A stretch of DNA of 64,000 nucleotides from an uncultured Spirochaetota bacterium (GCA_963734545.1 CAVTHO010000008.1:352001-416000); one strand, 5' to 3'; shown: positions 31,092 through 43,386, counted from the stretch's first letter. The notes: generated from the sequence alone by a model not told the origin. A program made the numbers and translations.

Positions 31092-31196
31092 AACCCTCCC
31101 CCCCGGGGGATTTGGAACAACGCGTGAGCCTACCAGTCCCTTCCCTCCGGCTTCAAGGGGGAGGCATCTCCTTCCGATACTGGAAGGGGACGGAGA

Positions 31197-31664
31197 ATGC
31201 AGCACGTGTCGGAAGCCGCACTACAATCGATCGACCAGCAGTCGCAGCGCGACACGGAGATCCTCCGACTCATTGGCGAGCTCAAGGAAGTATTCGAAAA
31301 CCACTTCGACCGGACGTGGTTCTCCCTCATCATCGACGGCATGCCCATCGACTTCCACACGGTGCGGGACATCCGGGAGCTCGTGTCCCTGACCTCGTTG
31401 TACCCGGGTGAGGAAAGACAGCTTTTCCAGGGCGTCCAGGAGCTGGAAACATTCCACAAGACCGTGAAGCGCTTCCTCCTCCCCGTGCTGAGGGAGCGTC
31501 TCGGTATTTCATGGCTCTTTCCGCAGAAGCGCGTGCGCGACGCGCAGCAGTACATATTGAGGAAATTCGTCGCCTTCACCTTCCCCTACAACCTCGAGCG
31601 GCTGCGGCGGCTCACGCAGAAGCTGAAGACCTGCCTGCTCCTGTACTATCCGTTCCTCCAGTAA
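31197..31664 (+). CDS. Hypothetical protein
   Basis: 155-aa ORF with GGAG RBS, GC-rich third codon positions, helical character. Confidence 0.7.
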   Translation: MQHVSEAALQSIDQQSQRDTEILRLIGELKEVFENHFDRTWFSLIIDGMPIDFHTVRDIRELVSLTSLYPGEERQLFQGVQELETFHKTVKRFLLPVLRERLGISWLFPQKRVRDAQQYILRKFVAFTFPYNLERLRRLTQKLKTCLLLYYPFLQ

Positions 31665-31715
31665 GATGGTAAATTCGTGCCGATGGGTGACACGGCTGCC
31701 CCTCGCCGGCGCGCG

Positions 31716-32698
31716 ATGAATCCTGCAGCACCGCCCCCAATGGACTTCAAGAGCTCCCACGCCTTGTCCCGCCGCCTCGTGGACGGACTGGAATCTGTCA
31801 TCCGGGGCAAGAGAGCGGTCCTGGAGCACCTCGTCACGGGGATCCTGGCCGGCGGGCACGTCCTGATCGAAGACGTGCCCGGTCTGGGCAAGACCACGCT
31901 GGCAAAGACCGTCGCGCGGCTGATCTCACGCTCCCGCAAGGGAAGCGCCGTGGTGTTCCGCCGCATCCAGTTCACCCCCGATCTCCTTCCCTACGACATC
32001 ACCGGCGTGGATGTCTTCGATCCTGGCGCGCAAGACTTTCGTCTTCACGCCCGGTCCCGTGTTCGCCAACGTGCTCCTCGCCGACGAGATCAACCGCACC
32101 ACGCCGAAGGTGCAGTCGGCCCTCCTGGAAGTGATGGCAGAGGGGCAGGTCACGGTGGGCAACACGACCTACCGGATGGATCCCTTCTTCTTCGTCATCG
32201 CCACGCAGAACCCGGTGGAGATGGAGGGCGTCTATCCGCTGCCGCTCGCGCAGATCGACCGTTTCCTCATGAAGCTGCGCATCGGCTACCCCGACCCGGA
32301 GGTCGAGGTGGGAATCGTGCGGGACGACCCCTCGGCGACCGTGATGCCCGGGGTGCGGCCCGTGTGCGGCAAGGAGGAGATCCTCGCGGCGCGCACGCGC
32401 GTGGACGGGATCTACTGCGATGAGAAGCTCATGCGGGCCGCGGTCGGCGTGTCCGCGGCCACCCGGGCGCACCGCGGGCATCGCGCTGGGCGCCTCCCCG
32501 CGGGGCAGCCTCATGCTCGTGCGCGCGGCGCGCGCGTTCGCCCTGGTGCACGGCAGGGAGTACGTCATCGACCAGGACCTCATCGACCTCGCGCCCCTGG
32601 TCATCGCCCATCGACTGCGGTTGAAGGACGCGCGCACGGACGCCGATGCGCTGGTGCGCGAGATCGTCATGTCCGAGCTCTCGCGCGTCTCCTACTAG
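31716..32698 (+). CDS. MoxR family AAA+ ATPase; frameshifts near 32030 and 32475
   Basis: GHVLIEDVPGLGKT, RIQFTPDLLPYD, LADEINR, ATQNP, LGASPRGS across three frames. Confidence 0.9.
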
Positions 32699-32710
32699 CG
32701 CGGGAGCGCC

Positions 32711-34037
32711 ATGACACCCGCGCGTTTCATCGCCGCCGCCGGCAGGCTGGCCAGGGCGGTCTTCCCCTTTACCATTCGCGGTCTGCTGATCTCGTGCTCT
32801 CCGCTCGTCCTCCTCGCCGCGGGGGTGATCCGGGCAGATCTGGCGGCGCTCTTCTGGGGATCGAGCTTCCTGCTCTTCAGCGCGTATGCTCTTGCCGCCG
32901 GCCACGTCTTCCGCTGTCTCTCCGCCGCCGGCAGGCCACCCGGCCCGAATTCCTGTCCCTCATCCTGCCCGCGGCCGGCGTCTTCCCGGATGAGAAGGCG
33001 GAGGCCGCTGATTTCCGCGCAGCTGCCGCGCTCGTTTCCTCCCGGAATCGGCGTCCGGATCCTCGCTTCCCCTCTCCTGGCACGAGCGGCGCATCGGATG
33101 CCATTGCGGCGCGTCTCGCGCCCGGCAGAAACGAGCGCAGCATTCCGTTCAGCGCAAGATGCCGCGGCGCCTACGCGAGCGCGGAGGCGCTCTTCGAAGT
33201 ACGGGACATCCTCGGTTTCACCGCGCACCGGCTCTCCGTCCCCCTTCGTGAGACGCTGACGGTTTTCCCCTCCCTGTCTCCTCTCCCGCGAGACCGCCAC
33301 GTTCATGGAGCAGGCCGACGAGTCGGCGGTCTATGCGCCCCGGCGCAGGCGCAGCGAGGAGCTCCTGGAGGCGCGCAAGTACTATCCCGGCGACGACGTG
33401 CGGAGACTCAACTGGAAGGTGTTCGCCCACCTCAACGAGCTCTTTCTCCGCATCGGCGAGGAGGTGCCGCCGCCGGAGTCCCGGATCCTCTTCGTCCTGG
33501 ACTGCACGGCCAATCCGCTGGTGCCGCGCGCAGCCGCTGCCGACTACCTGGACAGGCTCGTGGAGTCGTGCGCCTCCCTTCTCGTCTCGCTCCTCGGCAG
33601 GAGGATCGACGTGATGCTCTCCCTGCCCGGTGTGCGCGACGTGCCGCTCCTATACGGAGGAATCCCGGCCCGCGGTCCTGGCCGCCTTCGCGGATGCGTG
33701 GTGGACGGATGCGCCGTGGAAGCCCGAGCTGCCCGGCAGACGCAGCCTCCACGTGGCCGTGTTCTCTTCACCCGGCTCCCCCGGGCTGGAGCGCATCCTG
33801 TCGCGGGTGAAAGGCCTGGGCTGGAGCATGAGCCTGTTCATCAAGGGTCTGGAGGCGGAGGTTCCCCGCCCGATCCGACGCCTGAAGGATCTGCTGTTCC
33901 TTCCCGAGCGGGCGGCCGCGGGCGCACCGCCGGCCGCAGGCAGGCGGGAGAGAGCGGCGTTCATGGACGCGCTTGCACGGGACCTGGCCGCGTACCGGGG
34001 CCCGGCATGGAAGGTGAGGCATGCGGCAGAGATCTGA
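32711..34037 (+). CDS. DUF58 domain protein; multiple frameshifts
   Basis: N-terminal TM segments; DILGF; RKYYPGDDVRRLNWK; immediately downstream of MoxR. Confidence 0.8.
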
Positions 34038-36158
34038 ACGGGTCAGGGAGCTCGCGCTCTTCCTCCTCCGGAACTTCATCCTCTATTTCCTCCTGGTCAA
34101 CTCCTTCCTCCAGCTCCGCGACCAGCTCGACCTCGTGTTCCAGAGCGCGTCCTTCCTTCTGGCCGTGCTCGCGGGGCTCTGGATGGAGAAGGCGCGGCTG
34201 CGCGTCCTGCCCGCCCTGGCCCTCGCGGCGGTCCTCCCCGTCGTGCTGCGGGCCGTCTTCTTCCTCGTCTTCCGGATGCAGCGCGCCATTGCCTCGGGGC
34301 CCGCCACGGATTTCCTGTTCTTCTATTTCGACAAGGATTTTTTCCCGCCCTCGTGGCGTACGCCGTCGCCTGGCTGTTCAACTTCCTTGCCCTGCGCCGC
34401 AGGTCATTCGTCTTCGTCGAGACCGGGCTGAACGCGCTGCTGCTCGTCCTGGTGTTCTGGACCCAGGCAGGATATCGGCTGACCCTCTATGCCGCACCCT
34501 TCGATCTTTGCCTGGGCACTGGCGCTCTTCATCGTCGCGGAGTTCTTCGTCCTCCTCCTTGCGGGCGAGCGCAGCCGGGGAAGGGACCGTGTCGACGCCC
34601 GGTCCGTCCTGAGCTTCTCCTGGATACTCGTGCCGCTCCTGCTGGTCTTTCTCCTCTTCCTGCTGGGCAAGTACGGCGAAGGCGCGGTGAAGGCAGGCGG
34701 CGGGCTGATGAAGCCCACGCTGTTCCGGTTCGATTTCGCCCCCTACGTGCGGCTGGAAAGCGAGATCCGCACGTCGGACGAGGCGGTGCTCCTCTTCCGG
34801 ACGGAGGGCAGGGCGGAACGGTTCCTGCTGCGGCGGTTCGTGCTTTCCGGCTACACGCCCAACCAGGGCTTCTTCATGGAACGCGGCAAAGGGATCGACG
34901 AGTATCCCGCCGTCGTGCCCGACGCGCCGGAAACATTTCCCGATCCCGGCTACCGCGATCGACAGAACGTGAGCCAGGAGTACTTCTTCCTCACGATCGA
35001 TCCCTCGTCCCTCATCGCGCTGAACTATCCGGTGCGCGTGGCGCCCCTGAAGAACTGGAAGTCTTCGTCTTTCCTGCGGGTCTACCGGGTCGACTCCCGG
35101 GCCATGCGGTCCGCGGCAGGACCGCAGAAGGTGACGGCCCCGCCGTCGATGGCTCCGGACCTGCTGTCGTTCTACACAAGCGGGGGCAGCGACGAGGAGA
35201 TCCACGCCCTCGCCCTCCAGGTGACTGCCGGGGAAGCTTCCTACTACGGGAAGGCTGCGGCGATCGAGGAGTACCTCAGGACGCACTACCTGTACTCTCT
35301 GAAGCCGGGCATCGCGGAGGACGGCAACCAGCTTCACCATTTCCTGTTCGTTTCGAAGAAGGGTTATTGCTCCTACTTCGCGTTCGCCATGGCCCTGATG
35401 TGCCGCAGCCTCGGCATCCCCGCGCGCGTGGCCGTCGGCTTCTACGTGGATCCCGCAGTCGGAGGTGCTGAACTTCTACGAGGTGCGCGCATTCCAGGCG
35501 CACGCGTGGGTGGAGGTGTACTTCGGCAATCTCGGCTGGGTGGAGTTCGATCCGACCTCCAGCACCCCGGCTCCGGGAGAAGACTTCGTCCCCGTTTCCC
35601 GCGCCGGACCGGGACAGGATGGCAAAGCTGATCGCGGAGATACTGCAGAACCAGACCGATCAGGTGGAGCAGGCGCCGCCCGCGCCGGGCTTCGTCGGGT
35701 CCGCCTCCCGATGGGGGACCCGGATCGCGCGGATCGCCCTCGTGATCGCGCGGCTCTGGTACATCACTCTGCCGGCCCTGTACGCGCTGTTCCTCTTCTC
35801 GGTGAAGCTTCTGCCCTGGCTTCCCGGCCTCCTGTCCCGCAATCCGCGGAACCGGGTGAAGGCAGGGTATCGCGTTGTGCCTGGTCATGCTGGCCGGCGT
35901 CGGGCATGATACGCCGCGCCTCCGAGTCGCCCCTCGAGCACGCTGCCCGGATCGACCGTGACCGGGGCATCACCCTTGCCCCGCTGGTCGATATGTTTCT
36001 CAAGGCGTCATTCGGCGACACATTCGACAAGGATGACCAGGCCTCCGCGCGCGCGGCGCGTGAAGGATTCGTCGCCTGCTATCGCGCGAAGATCGCCTGG
36101 CCGCGGCGGCTCCTGGGGATCGTGAACCCGCTGGGCGACGCTGGCAAGGAGACCCTGA
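34021..36158 (+). CDS. Membrane transglutaminase-like protein (TgpA-type); multiple frameshifts
   Basis: Multi-TM N-terminus; catalytic triad motifs KGYCSYFA, HAWVEVY, WVEFDPT; C-terminal RASESPLEHA segment. Confidence 0.82.
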
Positions 36159-37973
36159 ATGCGCGCTCGCGAGCTTGCGAGATTCTTCCCCTGCCATGCG
36201 CTGTTCCTCGCGGCCTTCCTCCTCCTTCCGCTGCTGCCCCTCGCTGCCCAGGCAGCACCGGGCGAAACCCTGGACAGTCTCTCATCAAAGGCAAAGGAAG
36301 CGATCATCGCAGAACTCCTACGAGACGGCGGTGAAAATCCTTGCACGGGCCAAGCAGCTCTACCCGTCCTCGCCGCGTGCGAACCTTGCGCTGGGAGACC
36401 TCTACTATGACAAGGAGCTGTACACCCTTGCGCTGGGTGAATACCGGGAGGCCGAGACGAAGGGGGCGGATGATTTCAGCACCCTGACCCAGATCTCGCG
36501 CTGCTACGGAAAGCTCAACCAGGAAAAGAAGCTCGATCGACTACCTGACCCGGATCCTGCACGCGATACCCGGACAGCTCCGACACGGTGGACGACCTGG
36601 GCTGGATGTATTTCAAGACCCACCAGCTGGAAAAGGGAGAGCAGGTTCTCCTGAAGGGAATCGCGCGGCTGGGCATGCAGCGGGGGATGGCGATGACGCT
36701 GGGCACCGTCTATTCCGGGCATGAACCGCTACGACAGGTCCCGCGAGTACTACCTGAATTCCGTGAACGAGGCGCTGCGGGTCGGGGACCGCGAGTTCGC
36801 CGCCATCGCCTACTACAATCTTTCGCTGCTGGAGCACAACTTCTTCCATTACAACTCGGCCCTCCGGTTCACCGACGAGTCGATTGCCACGGAGGACAGG
36901 CCCTCGGGACACCTCGCGCGCGGGGAGCTTTTCCAGGCGCGGATGGAATTCGACTCCGCCGAGCAGGAGTACCAGGACGCCTACGCAAAGGACACCACGC
37001 CCCTGTCCAAGGTGAATCTCGCCATCCTCTTCCAGAAGTTCGGCCGCCTGGATCTCGCCCGGCGCTACGCGGAGGAGGTGCTGGCGTCCAGGGACCTCGC
37101 CTGGCTCGTGTACTACGGCACCGACATCACGCGGCATTTCAAGGACATGCACGAGCTGCTGGCGAGCATCTACCGAGGCCTCGCGCGACGCGAGGCTGGA
37201 CCGCCCGACAACCGGGTATCCTGGACCGCATCTGCCGCCCTCTTCTCGGCGGGCCGCAGCCAGATCCTCTCGTGGTATCACGCACAGCGGTTCCGCCTTT
37301 CCTCCCTCCAGGTGGGCAAGGAGTACCTCAACCAGGGATCGCTGGAGGATGCCTGGTGGGAGTTCTACAAGGGCAACGAATCCTACCCCGAGGTTGCATT
37401 GAAGTACCTGGCGGCATGGCCCGGGCGCTGGAAACTGCGCGCACGCCGCACGCCGAGGTCTTCTACATGCTGGAGGAAGGAAAGGTGCGCCATTCCGCCG
37501 CCCTCCTCCAGCAGGCCCTGGCGGGATTCGATCCGTTCTGGGAGAAGGAGCCTGCCGCCGATGCGCTCGCTTGCGCTGATTCCGCTGCTGAAGGGGGCGG
37601 CCGCCGCGATGCCGCGCCGCGAGGCGATTACCCGGCTCTTCGCAATCAATCCCGGCGCGCTGCCCCAGGCGGGCATCGGCCTGCCGCTGGCTGTCGATTT
37701 CCGAGGGAGCGGGTGGAGCGCGACGGGAGAAGGCCCTTGTGTTCCGATATCCTGAGAAGGGCGGGCTCCGAGTGCGCGGAAGGGCCCGGGGCAGGGTTTC
37801 GCCATACCTTGCGGCTGACCCGGGGCAGCGACGGCGCCGTCCGCTGGTCAGTGTGGGAAACCAGCTCGGGGACCGTCGTCAGGGAGGGAAATCCTCCCCT
37901 CACGGGACGTACGAAGCAGCGATGCGCGCTGCTGATACAGTCCGTCCTTGCAGAGCTGTATTCCGTTCATTAG
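36159..37973 (+). CDS. Secreted TPR-repeat protein; multiple frameshifts
   Basis: Signal peptide; TPR helices LALGDLYYDKELYTLALGEY, DDLGWMYFK, AYYNLSLLE, LARGELF. Confidence 0.7.
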
Positions 37974-38001
37974 ACTATGAGACTGAGGTGAAGGAGACGC
38001 G

Positions 38002-39965
38002 GTGTCCAAGCTGGTTTTGACAGTGTCCGACGGACATCCCGGAGCTGCCCGCTGCGGTCCGCAAGGAAAAAGGGCTGTCGGTCAAGCGGATCGAAAACTT
38101 CTCCGCCTCCCCGCTCGAACGGCAGCGATCTGGTCGCCTGGTTCCTCGATTCCGATTTCATAGACACGAACAGCGAGGCGATCCGCGCGGCAGGTCTCGC
38201 CCCGGTTCGCTCCTCCTCTGGAACCCAAAGGGCGACGCGCCTCCGCTCGGACTCGCTTCCCGACGAAACTCGTTTTCGACGAGGTGTTCTCATTCAAGAG
38301 TCCCGCCTATTTCCAGCGCACGCTGCGCAACCTCTTCCGCAGGCTGCACCTGGAGCGGGAGCTCGCGCGCAAGGATGAGCTGCTGCGCGCCAAGGAGTCG
38401 GAAAACTCGGAGCTGCTCCAGGTCGGGATCGCGCTCTCCGCGGAGCGGGACAACGACAAGCTCCTCGACTACATCCTGCAGCAGGTGCGCCATATCGCGC
38501 GCGCGGACGCGGGAACGCTCTACCTGCTGGAGCGGGAGGAGGCCAACGGCGAGCAGAAGCTGCGGTTCAAGATCACGCAGAACGACTCCAACCCGAGGGA
38601 CTACTCCGAGTTCGTGATGCCCCTGTCCAAGAAGACCGTCTCCGGCTACGTGGCCATCCACGGGCACCGTGCTCAACATCGAGGACGCCTACAAGATCCC
38701 GGCCGACAGGGAGTACGGGTTCAACATCAGCTACGACAAGTCCACCGGGTACCGCTCGAAGAGCATGCTCACCGTGCCGATGCAGGACCACAAGGGTGAG
38801 ATCCTCGGCGTGATCCAGCTCATCAACCGCAAGAGCGGACATGCTCGGCGCAGATCAGAACGCCCGAGGACGCGGAGAGATTCGTCGTGCCCTTCAGCCA
38901 GGACATCGAGCCGATGGTGCTCTCCCTCGCCTCACAGGCGGCGGTGTCTCTGGAGAACAACCTGCTCTACCAGGAGATCGAGACGCTCTTCGAGGGCTTC
39001 GTGAAGGCCTCCGTGCAGGCCATCGAGTCGCGGGATCCCACCACCTCGGGTCATTCCAACAGGGTGGCGGTCTACACGGTGAGCCTCGCGAAGGCGGTGG
39101 ACAAGACGACCAGCGGGTCCTACCGCGGGGTCAGCTTCACCCCTGAGCACCTGAAGGAGATCCGCTACGCGAGCCTCCTGCACGATTTCGGCAAGGTCGG
39201 CGTGCGCGAGCACGTCCTCGTGAAGGCGAAGAAGCTCTATCCGGACCAGCTGAAGCTGGTGAAGACTGCGCTTCGACTACATGCAGAAGGCGATGCTGTA
39301 CGGCCTCATGAAGGAGCGGTTCGACTCCCTCCTCGAGCAGGGGCAGGACGGGTACCTCCGCTGAAGGAGGAGCATCGACCGAAGAGAAGCCGAGTATCTG
39401 GCCGAGATCGAACGCTACCTGCAGGACAGTCATCGACGGCGAACGAGCCCGACGGTGCTCGCCGCGGAGCCGTCACGGATCCTCGACGAGATCCACGGCA
39501 AGACCTTCGAGGAAGAAGGGAGGGATGCATCCCCTTCCTCACCGACGATGAGTACATCAAGCTGAAGCATCCCGAAGGGCAGCCTCGACGAGGAGGAGCG
39601 CAAGGAGATCGAGAGCCACGTCACGCATACCTTCCGGTTCCTGAGCACGATCCCCTGGACCAAGGAGATGCGGAACATTCCCGACATCGCCTACGGCCAC
39701 CACGAGAAGCTGAACGGCAACGGCTATCCCCGCGGAATACACGGCGACGGAGATCCCGATCCAGACGCGCATGATGACGGTGTCCGACATCTACGATGCG
39801 CTCACGGCGAGCGACCGCCCCTACAAGCCGGCGGTGTCCGCGCAGAAGGCCCTGGACATCCTCAACGACGAGGTCAAGGAAAAGAAGCTCGACCCCGACC
39901 TCGTGAAGATCTTCATCGAAGCGAAGATCTGGGAGAAAAGGGCCGAGCTGCTGGCCGCGCACTGA
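38002..39965 (+). CDS. GAF-domain HD-GYP phosphodiesterase; multiple frameshifts
   Basis: AAGGAG RBS then GTG; GAF ([22 protein letters not shown]); [43 protein letters not shown]. Confidence 0.85.
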
Positions 39966-39972
39966 AGAACGT

Positions 39973-40985
39973 TCAGTCCCCTGTCCGCAGCTTCACGATC
40001 TCGTCCTGCTCGGAGAAGGCAAGCGGCCGCGCGCATGCCTTCCTGCTCCAGCCACATCCCGGTCCTGGCACCAGCGATCTGTCCCGATAACGGACGCGGG
40101 GATGCCGCGGGCTCTTCGAGCACCGCGCACGCGCGCTCGGCCACCGGACGCGCCGCGGTGAACAGAAAGACGCCGGAGCTGAGCAGGCCGAGCGGGTCCA
40201 TGCCGAACAGGGCGCACAGCAGCCGTGTCTCCTCCCGGATGGGCAGCGATTCACGGGCGATGATCGCGCCCGCGCCGCTCCGGCGGCAGATCTCCTGGAT
40301 GCCCATGGCCACGCCGCCTTCGGTCGGGTCGTGACCGCTGGTGAGGGCAAGCCCCTCCAGCGCCCTGCCCTCCTCCACGATCGAGATCCCCGGGTCGTCC
40401 AGCCAGCCGAGCACCGTCGTCGAAACGCTCCGTCCCCGAGGACCTTGCGGCACTCGCCCGGCTTCTCCCGCGCGATGGTCGTCGTCCCCTCCAGCCCGAC
40501 CCACTTCGTCATGCAGAGGCAGTCCCCGGGCTTCGCGCCGCCGGTGGAAGCGGCTCGCGCGAGAGGAACCCGACCGCCTGCCCGCAGACCACGGTGCGGC
40601 TGACCACGGGGGTGACCTCCGTGTGACCGCCCACCCACAGGATGCCCGCCCTGCCGCAGGCGTCCGCGATGTCGGAGAAGATCTTCTCCAGCGTCGTCCT
40701 CGGTGGCCCCGGGCGCCAGCAGGATCGTGGTGGTGAGGTAGACGGGCTGTCCCGCCCATGGCCACGATGTCGTTGGCGTTCACGGCCACGACGTAGGCGC
40801 CGATCCTCTCCTCGGTGAACGTGATGGGATCCGCGGTGATGACGATGGTCTCGCGCGCCCGGCGCCACGGCGGCATCCTCCCCTGCCAGCGCGCCCACGG
40901 CGAGCAGCGGCGAGCGCGAGGTGTGACGCAGGAGACGCTCCAGGAGCTCCGTGGGGAGCTTGCCCTCGGCCAGAGGCGGCTTCAT
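39973..40985 (-). CDS. AIR synthase-related (HypE/ThiL-like) protein; multiple frameshifts
   Basis: [47 protein letters not shown]. Confidence 0.82.
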
Positions 40986-41031
40986 ACTCACGGAGAATCG
41001 GGGTTTTGCCGCCGGTTCGTCAAGAACTCAC

Positions 41032-41061
41032 TTGATCAGAGGCGCGTAGTCGCCTTACAAT
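41032..41061 (+). promoter_or_regulatory. Sigma70-like promoter, probably leaderless transcript
   Basis: TTGATC-N18-TACAAT with ATG 41069 7 nt downstream and no SD. Confidence 0.55.
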
Positions 41062-41068
41062 AGCGCCC

Positions 41069-41891
41069 ATGGCAAAAACGCGGGTCCAGGACTACGTGGA
41101 GAAGTATTGCCGATCAGCCGATCCGCTTCACCCCCTACGCGCTGAAGAAGACCGGGCTCGTGCAGTCCCAGGTCTTCCTCAAGATCGAGGACTATCTCCT
41201 GATCTGCGCCCCGTTCCAGCTCTCGATGCAGCGCGGGATCTTCCTCGTCGTGCTCAGCGCCCAGGAGATCACCTTCTTCCAGCAGTTCCAGAAGAAGCTC
41301 TGCTCCATCAACCTGACGTTCCAGAAGACGGGCAACAAGAAGCCGCTCATCCTTCCTCCTGCGCGGCACCCTCGAGCGGATCGGCCCGGTCAAGGGCAAG
41401 CAGAACGTCTGCATGATGGACGCCTCCATCAAGGCGTGCCCGAATGACCTGGTGGAGATCATCGGGGACTACATCACCGCCTTCGAAGGCCTGAAGAAGC
41501 CAGTACGAGAACTTCAGCGGCAAGGCCATCCCGATGGACGAGCACGTCCGCCAAGCTCATGCGGTTCAACAACTACGTGGAGCTCGTGCTCGGCACGACG
41601 CAAGGCGCGCGCCACCCTCGCGACCCTCTCGGTGAACACCCTTTCCGTCAGGCTGGCCGCCGCTCCTCCCGGCCTGGCGGAGGGCGCAGCACTGCTCGGT
41701 GCGGCTGTACTTCCAGGTCTACCAGTTCACGACAAGCGGCACGGTAGCCGCCATGGAGCGCGGCGAGGGCGACGCAGGTCATCGTCACGATCTCCATCGA
41801 GTTCACTCCGGAGCTCATTGAAATCGTGGATGATTACTTCTTCCGACAGAGCATCCAGGGAAAAGCCCGGGTCGCCCCGACGGGGACCTGA
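41069..41891 (+). CDS. PilZN3/PilZ-like protein (spirochete PlzA-type architecture); multiple frameshifts
   Basis: Reconstructed IRFTPYALKKTGLVQSQVFLKIEDYLLICAPFQLSM...CPNDLVEIIG...PELIEIVDDYF; similarity to the spirochete PilZN3 family judged by eye. Confidence 0.6.
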
Positions 41892-43386
41892 GGACCCGGT
41901 CGAAGAGCTCGCTCGAAGCCGGTTCGGCGTCACGTACCTCTACCCGATCCAGCGTTTCGTCATGTCCAACGTCCTGGAGGGCAGGCCGCAGATCGTCGTC
42001 CTGCCCACCGGGGCGGGGAAGTCCCTCTGCTTCCAGCTCCCCGCGCTGCTCCTGGACGGGCCGACGCTCGTCCTGATGCCTCTCCTTTCTCTCCTCTCCG
42101 ACCAGATGCGCAGGATGCGGGAGGCGGATATCCCCGCGGGGTCGCTCCGCGGCGGACTGTCCCTGGCCGACAAGGAGCGTCTCTTCCGCGCCGTGCGCGC
42201 GGGAGAGATCCGGCTCGTCCTGGCCACACCCGAGGCCTGCCTGGCCGAGCCCAACCGTTCCGCGCTCCGCTCCTGCCGGTTCGCCCACATGGTCGTGGAC
42301 GAGGCGCACTGCGTGTCGGAGTGGGGCGAGAGCTTCCGCCCCGCGTACCGCGAGGTCGGCACCCTTGCCCGGCAGCCTCGGCGTGAAGATGGTCAGCGCG
42401 TTCACCGCCACCGCCTCACGGGCCGTGGTCGAGCGGATCAAGACCCTCCTGTTCGATGATGCCGAGGTGAGGCTCGTCGCGGGGAGCGCGGACCGGCCCG
42501 GGATCCACTACGCGGTCCAGCCGGTGCTCTCGCGCAGTCACGCCCTCGTGCAGGTGGCCCGTGAGGCGGAACGGCCCCTGCTCGTGTTCTGCCGCACCCG
42601 CAACGGCACGGAGGTGGCTGCCCGGTCCATGCGGCGCGGATCTCCCGACCTCCCGGTTGCCTTCTACCACGCGGGCTGACCCGGGAGGAGCGGACCCGGC
42701 TGGAGAAGTGGTTCCTCGATTCCCGTGACGGGGCGCTCGTTGCCACCTGCGCATATGGGCTGGGAGTGGACAAGCCGGATATCCGCACCGTCGTCCATGC
42801 CGACATACCCTCGTCCGTGGAATCCTACCTGCAGGAATCGGGGCGCGCCGGCAGGGACGGCAAGCCCTCCCGTGCGATCCTCCTTCTCTCCCACGATGAG
42901 GAATTGTTCCGCTCGCGGCTGGCGGATTCCGTTGCCCGGCAGCGGTACGAGCGCCTGCTTGCCTACGCGCGGGAGACGGGGAATTGCAGACGGAGCCACC
43001 TCCTTGCTCTCATCGGGCAGGATGCCGTTCCCTGCGCGGGCTGCGACGTCTGCGAGAGCAGGGTTGTCACGACCCCCGCCGGCGAGCCGGAGATCATGTG
43101 GTTTGCGCGCAGGCACCGGCGCCGATTCTCCGTCGGCCAGGCAGCGGAAATCCTCTGCGGCGCGCCAGGTCCCCGCGCGGCGCGCGGCTTTCACGACTGC
43201 GTGCCCGGATACGCGAGCCTGGGCTCGTGGGAAAAGGAAGAAGTGGAGGCTGCAATCCGCACCCTCGTCGAAGCAGGAAACCTCCGCCTGCCGAAACGCG
43301 GCCTGTGGAAAGGGCGGCTCACCGTGACTCGGCGGCAAGCCGCATCTCTTCCTCGAGCGCAGCAGCCAGATCAGCCCCGGTCCTGA
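41830..43386 (+). CDS. recQ: RecQ family ATP-dependent DNA helicase; frameshifts near 42370 and 42678
   Basis: LPTGAGKSLCFQLP, VDEAHCVSEWG..FRP, FTATA, YHAG, QESGRAGRDG, Zn motif CRR...CAGCDVC. Confidence 0.88.

Noticed and set aside
42677-42679. In-frame TGA in recQ as selenocysteine or recoding
   Set aside because: The conserved motif YHAG-L continues in a shifted frame, consistent with a single-base deletion
31716-43386. Pseudogene island or programmed frameshifting
   Set aside because: Indels are scattered without consistent slippery sites, and similar indels hit normally essential genes elsewhere; sequencing error is more parsimonious
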